A DNA stretch of 64,000 nt from Candidatus Bathyarchaeota archaeon (lineage in GTDB: Archaea; Thermoproteota; Bathyarchaeia; Bathyarchaeales; Bathycorpusculaceae): positions 1 to 64,000 of the forward strand of contig CAVZIW010000006.1 in NCBI GenBank assembly GCA_963775465.1, written 5' to 3'. The position numbers and the translations under genes were made by a program. This document shows, in pieces, positions 63,527-64,000 of this stretch. Within the stretch, counting starts at the first letter, position 1; each line of letters starts with the position of its first letter. Below the pieces are notes generated by a model that made no database searches, was not told the origin of the DNA, and worked only from the letters and a program-made list of their open reading frames with translations.

Positions 63527-64000
63527 AAGATAAAAAGATTTTTAGCTGTCTAAAAGGTTGAGGATTTAAATGATTTTTTCCAAATTCTCAATAAATCGCC
63601 TAAAGACCTTCAAGCTTCCACTCCAAAAGTCTGGTGCAGCTACATCTAATCCAACGATTTTGCCAATTTGTAGTGGGGACAAGCTGCCGCCAGCCGATAA
63701 GAGCCTTTACTAGTTTAGGTACAAACGCTTTTCCTTCCTCTAAATATCGTTCATACAGTGCATAAACAAACATTTGAGCGTAGACGTAGGGGTAGTTGTA
63801 GAAGCGGTAGTTTGCCATGAAATAATGAGGTTTCATCGTCCATTCTGCATTCATTTCCGGTAGCCATGTGATTGAGTTGCCGTATATGCGGTCACGGGCT
63901 TTTATCCAGAGGTTGCATATAGTTGGGTAATCCAAGAATTCACCTTGCTCAATAGAGGTGTATAGTGCTTGTTCAAACCACACACGGGCGGTAACTTGAA
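63525..64000 (-). CDS. pepF: Oligoendopeptidase F (M3B), C-terminal part; runs off the window and is frameshifted near 63695
   Basis: W...PHYF...FYNYPYVYAQ..V.ALYERY.EEG..F; GGSLSP..IG..VGLD in the shifted frame. Confidence 0.85.

Noticed and set aside
1-64000. CRISPR array or cas genes
   Set aside because: No regularly spaced 25-40 bp repeats and no Cas motifs.

Overview
Archaeal genomic window, most consistent with Bathyarchaeia (inferred from the CdvA-like protein, short crenarchaeal-type SSB, expanded membrane-anchored PQQ-like beta-propeller genes and tandem AORs). It has two halves. Left (1-37.6 kb) is an accessory island ending at a tyrosine integrase and tRNA-Lys(TTT). It carries a TrmB-like regulator, four paralogous ~850-900 aa beta-propeller surface-protein genes, a phage-like ParB + ABC-ATPase/GNAT module, a decayed DUF72/RadA-like cluster, a UbiA prenyltransferase, a decayed type I R-M system and a putative Rep/integrase core. 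Right (38-64 kb) is mostly intact housekeeping DNA: CdvA-like, SSB, ABC exporter, mgtA, metY-metX-metW, apgM, pepQ, two AORs with ferredoxins and MoaD, uppP and a partial oligoendopeptidase F. Top finding: each of the four beta-propeller genes is followed, on its own strand, by a ~90-110 nt structured element. Its ends can be drawn as a canonical 3-4-3 bulge-helix-bulge (archaeal splicing endonuclease substrate) with covarying and G-U pairs. This suggests an undescribed EndA-processed or circular RNA family, or alternatively a cassette-recombination hairpin. A GC-rich palindrome TTAGCGCGCGCTAA also marks seven mostly intergenic positions in the island. Caveat: many single-base indels may be assembly errors, and all family assignments are by eye with no database searches.
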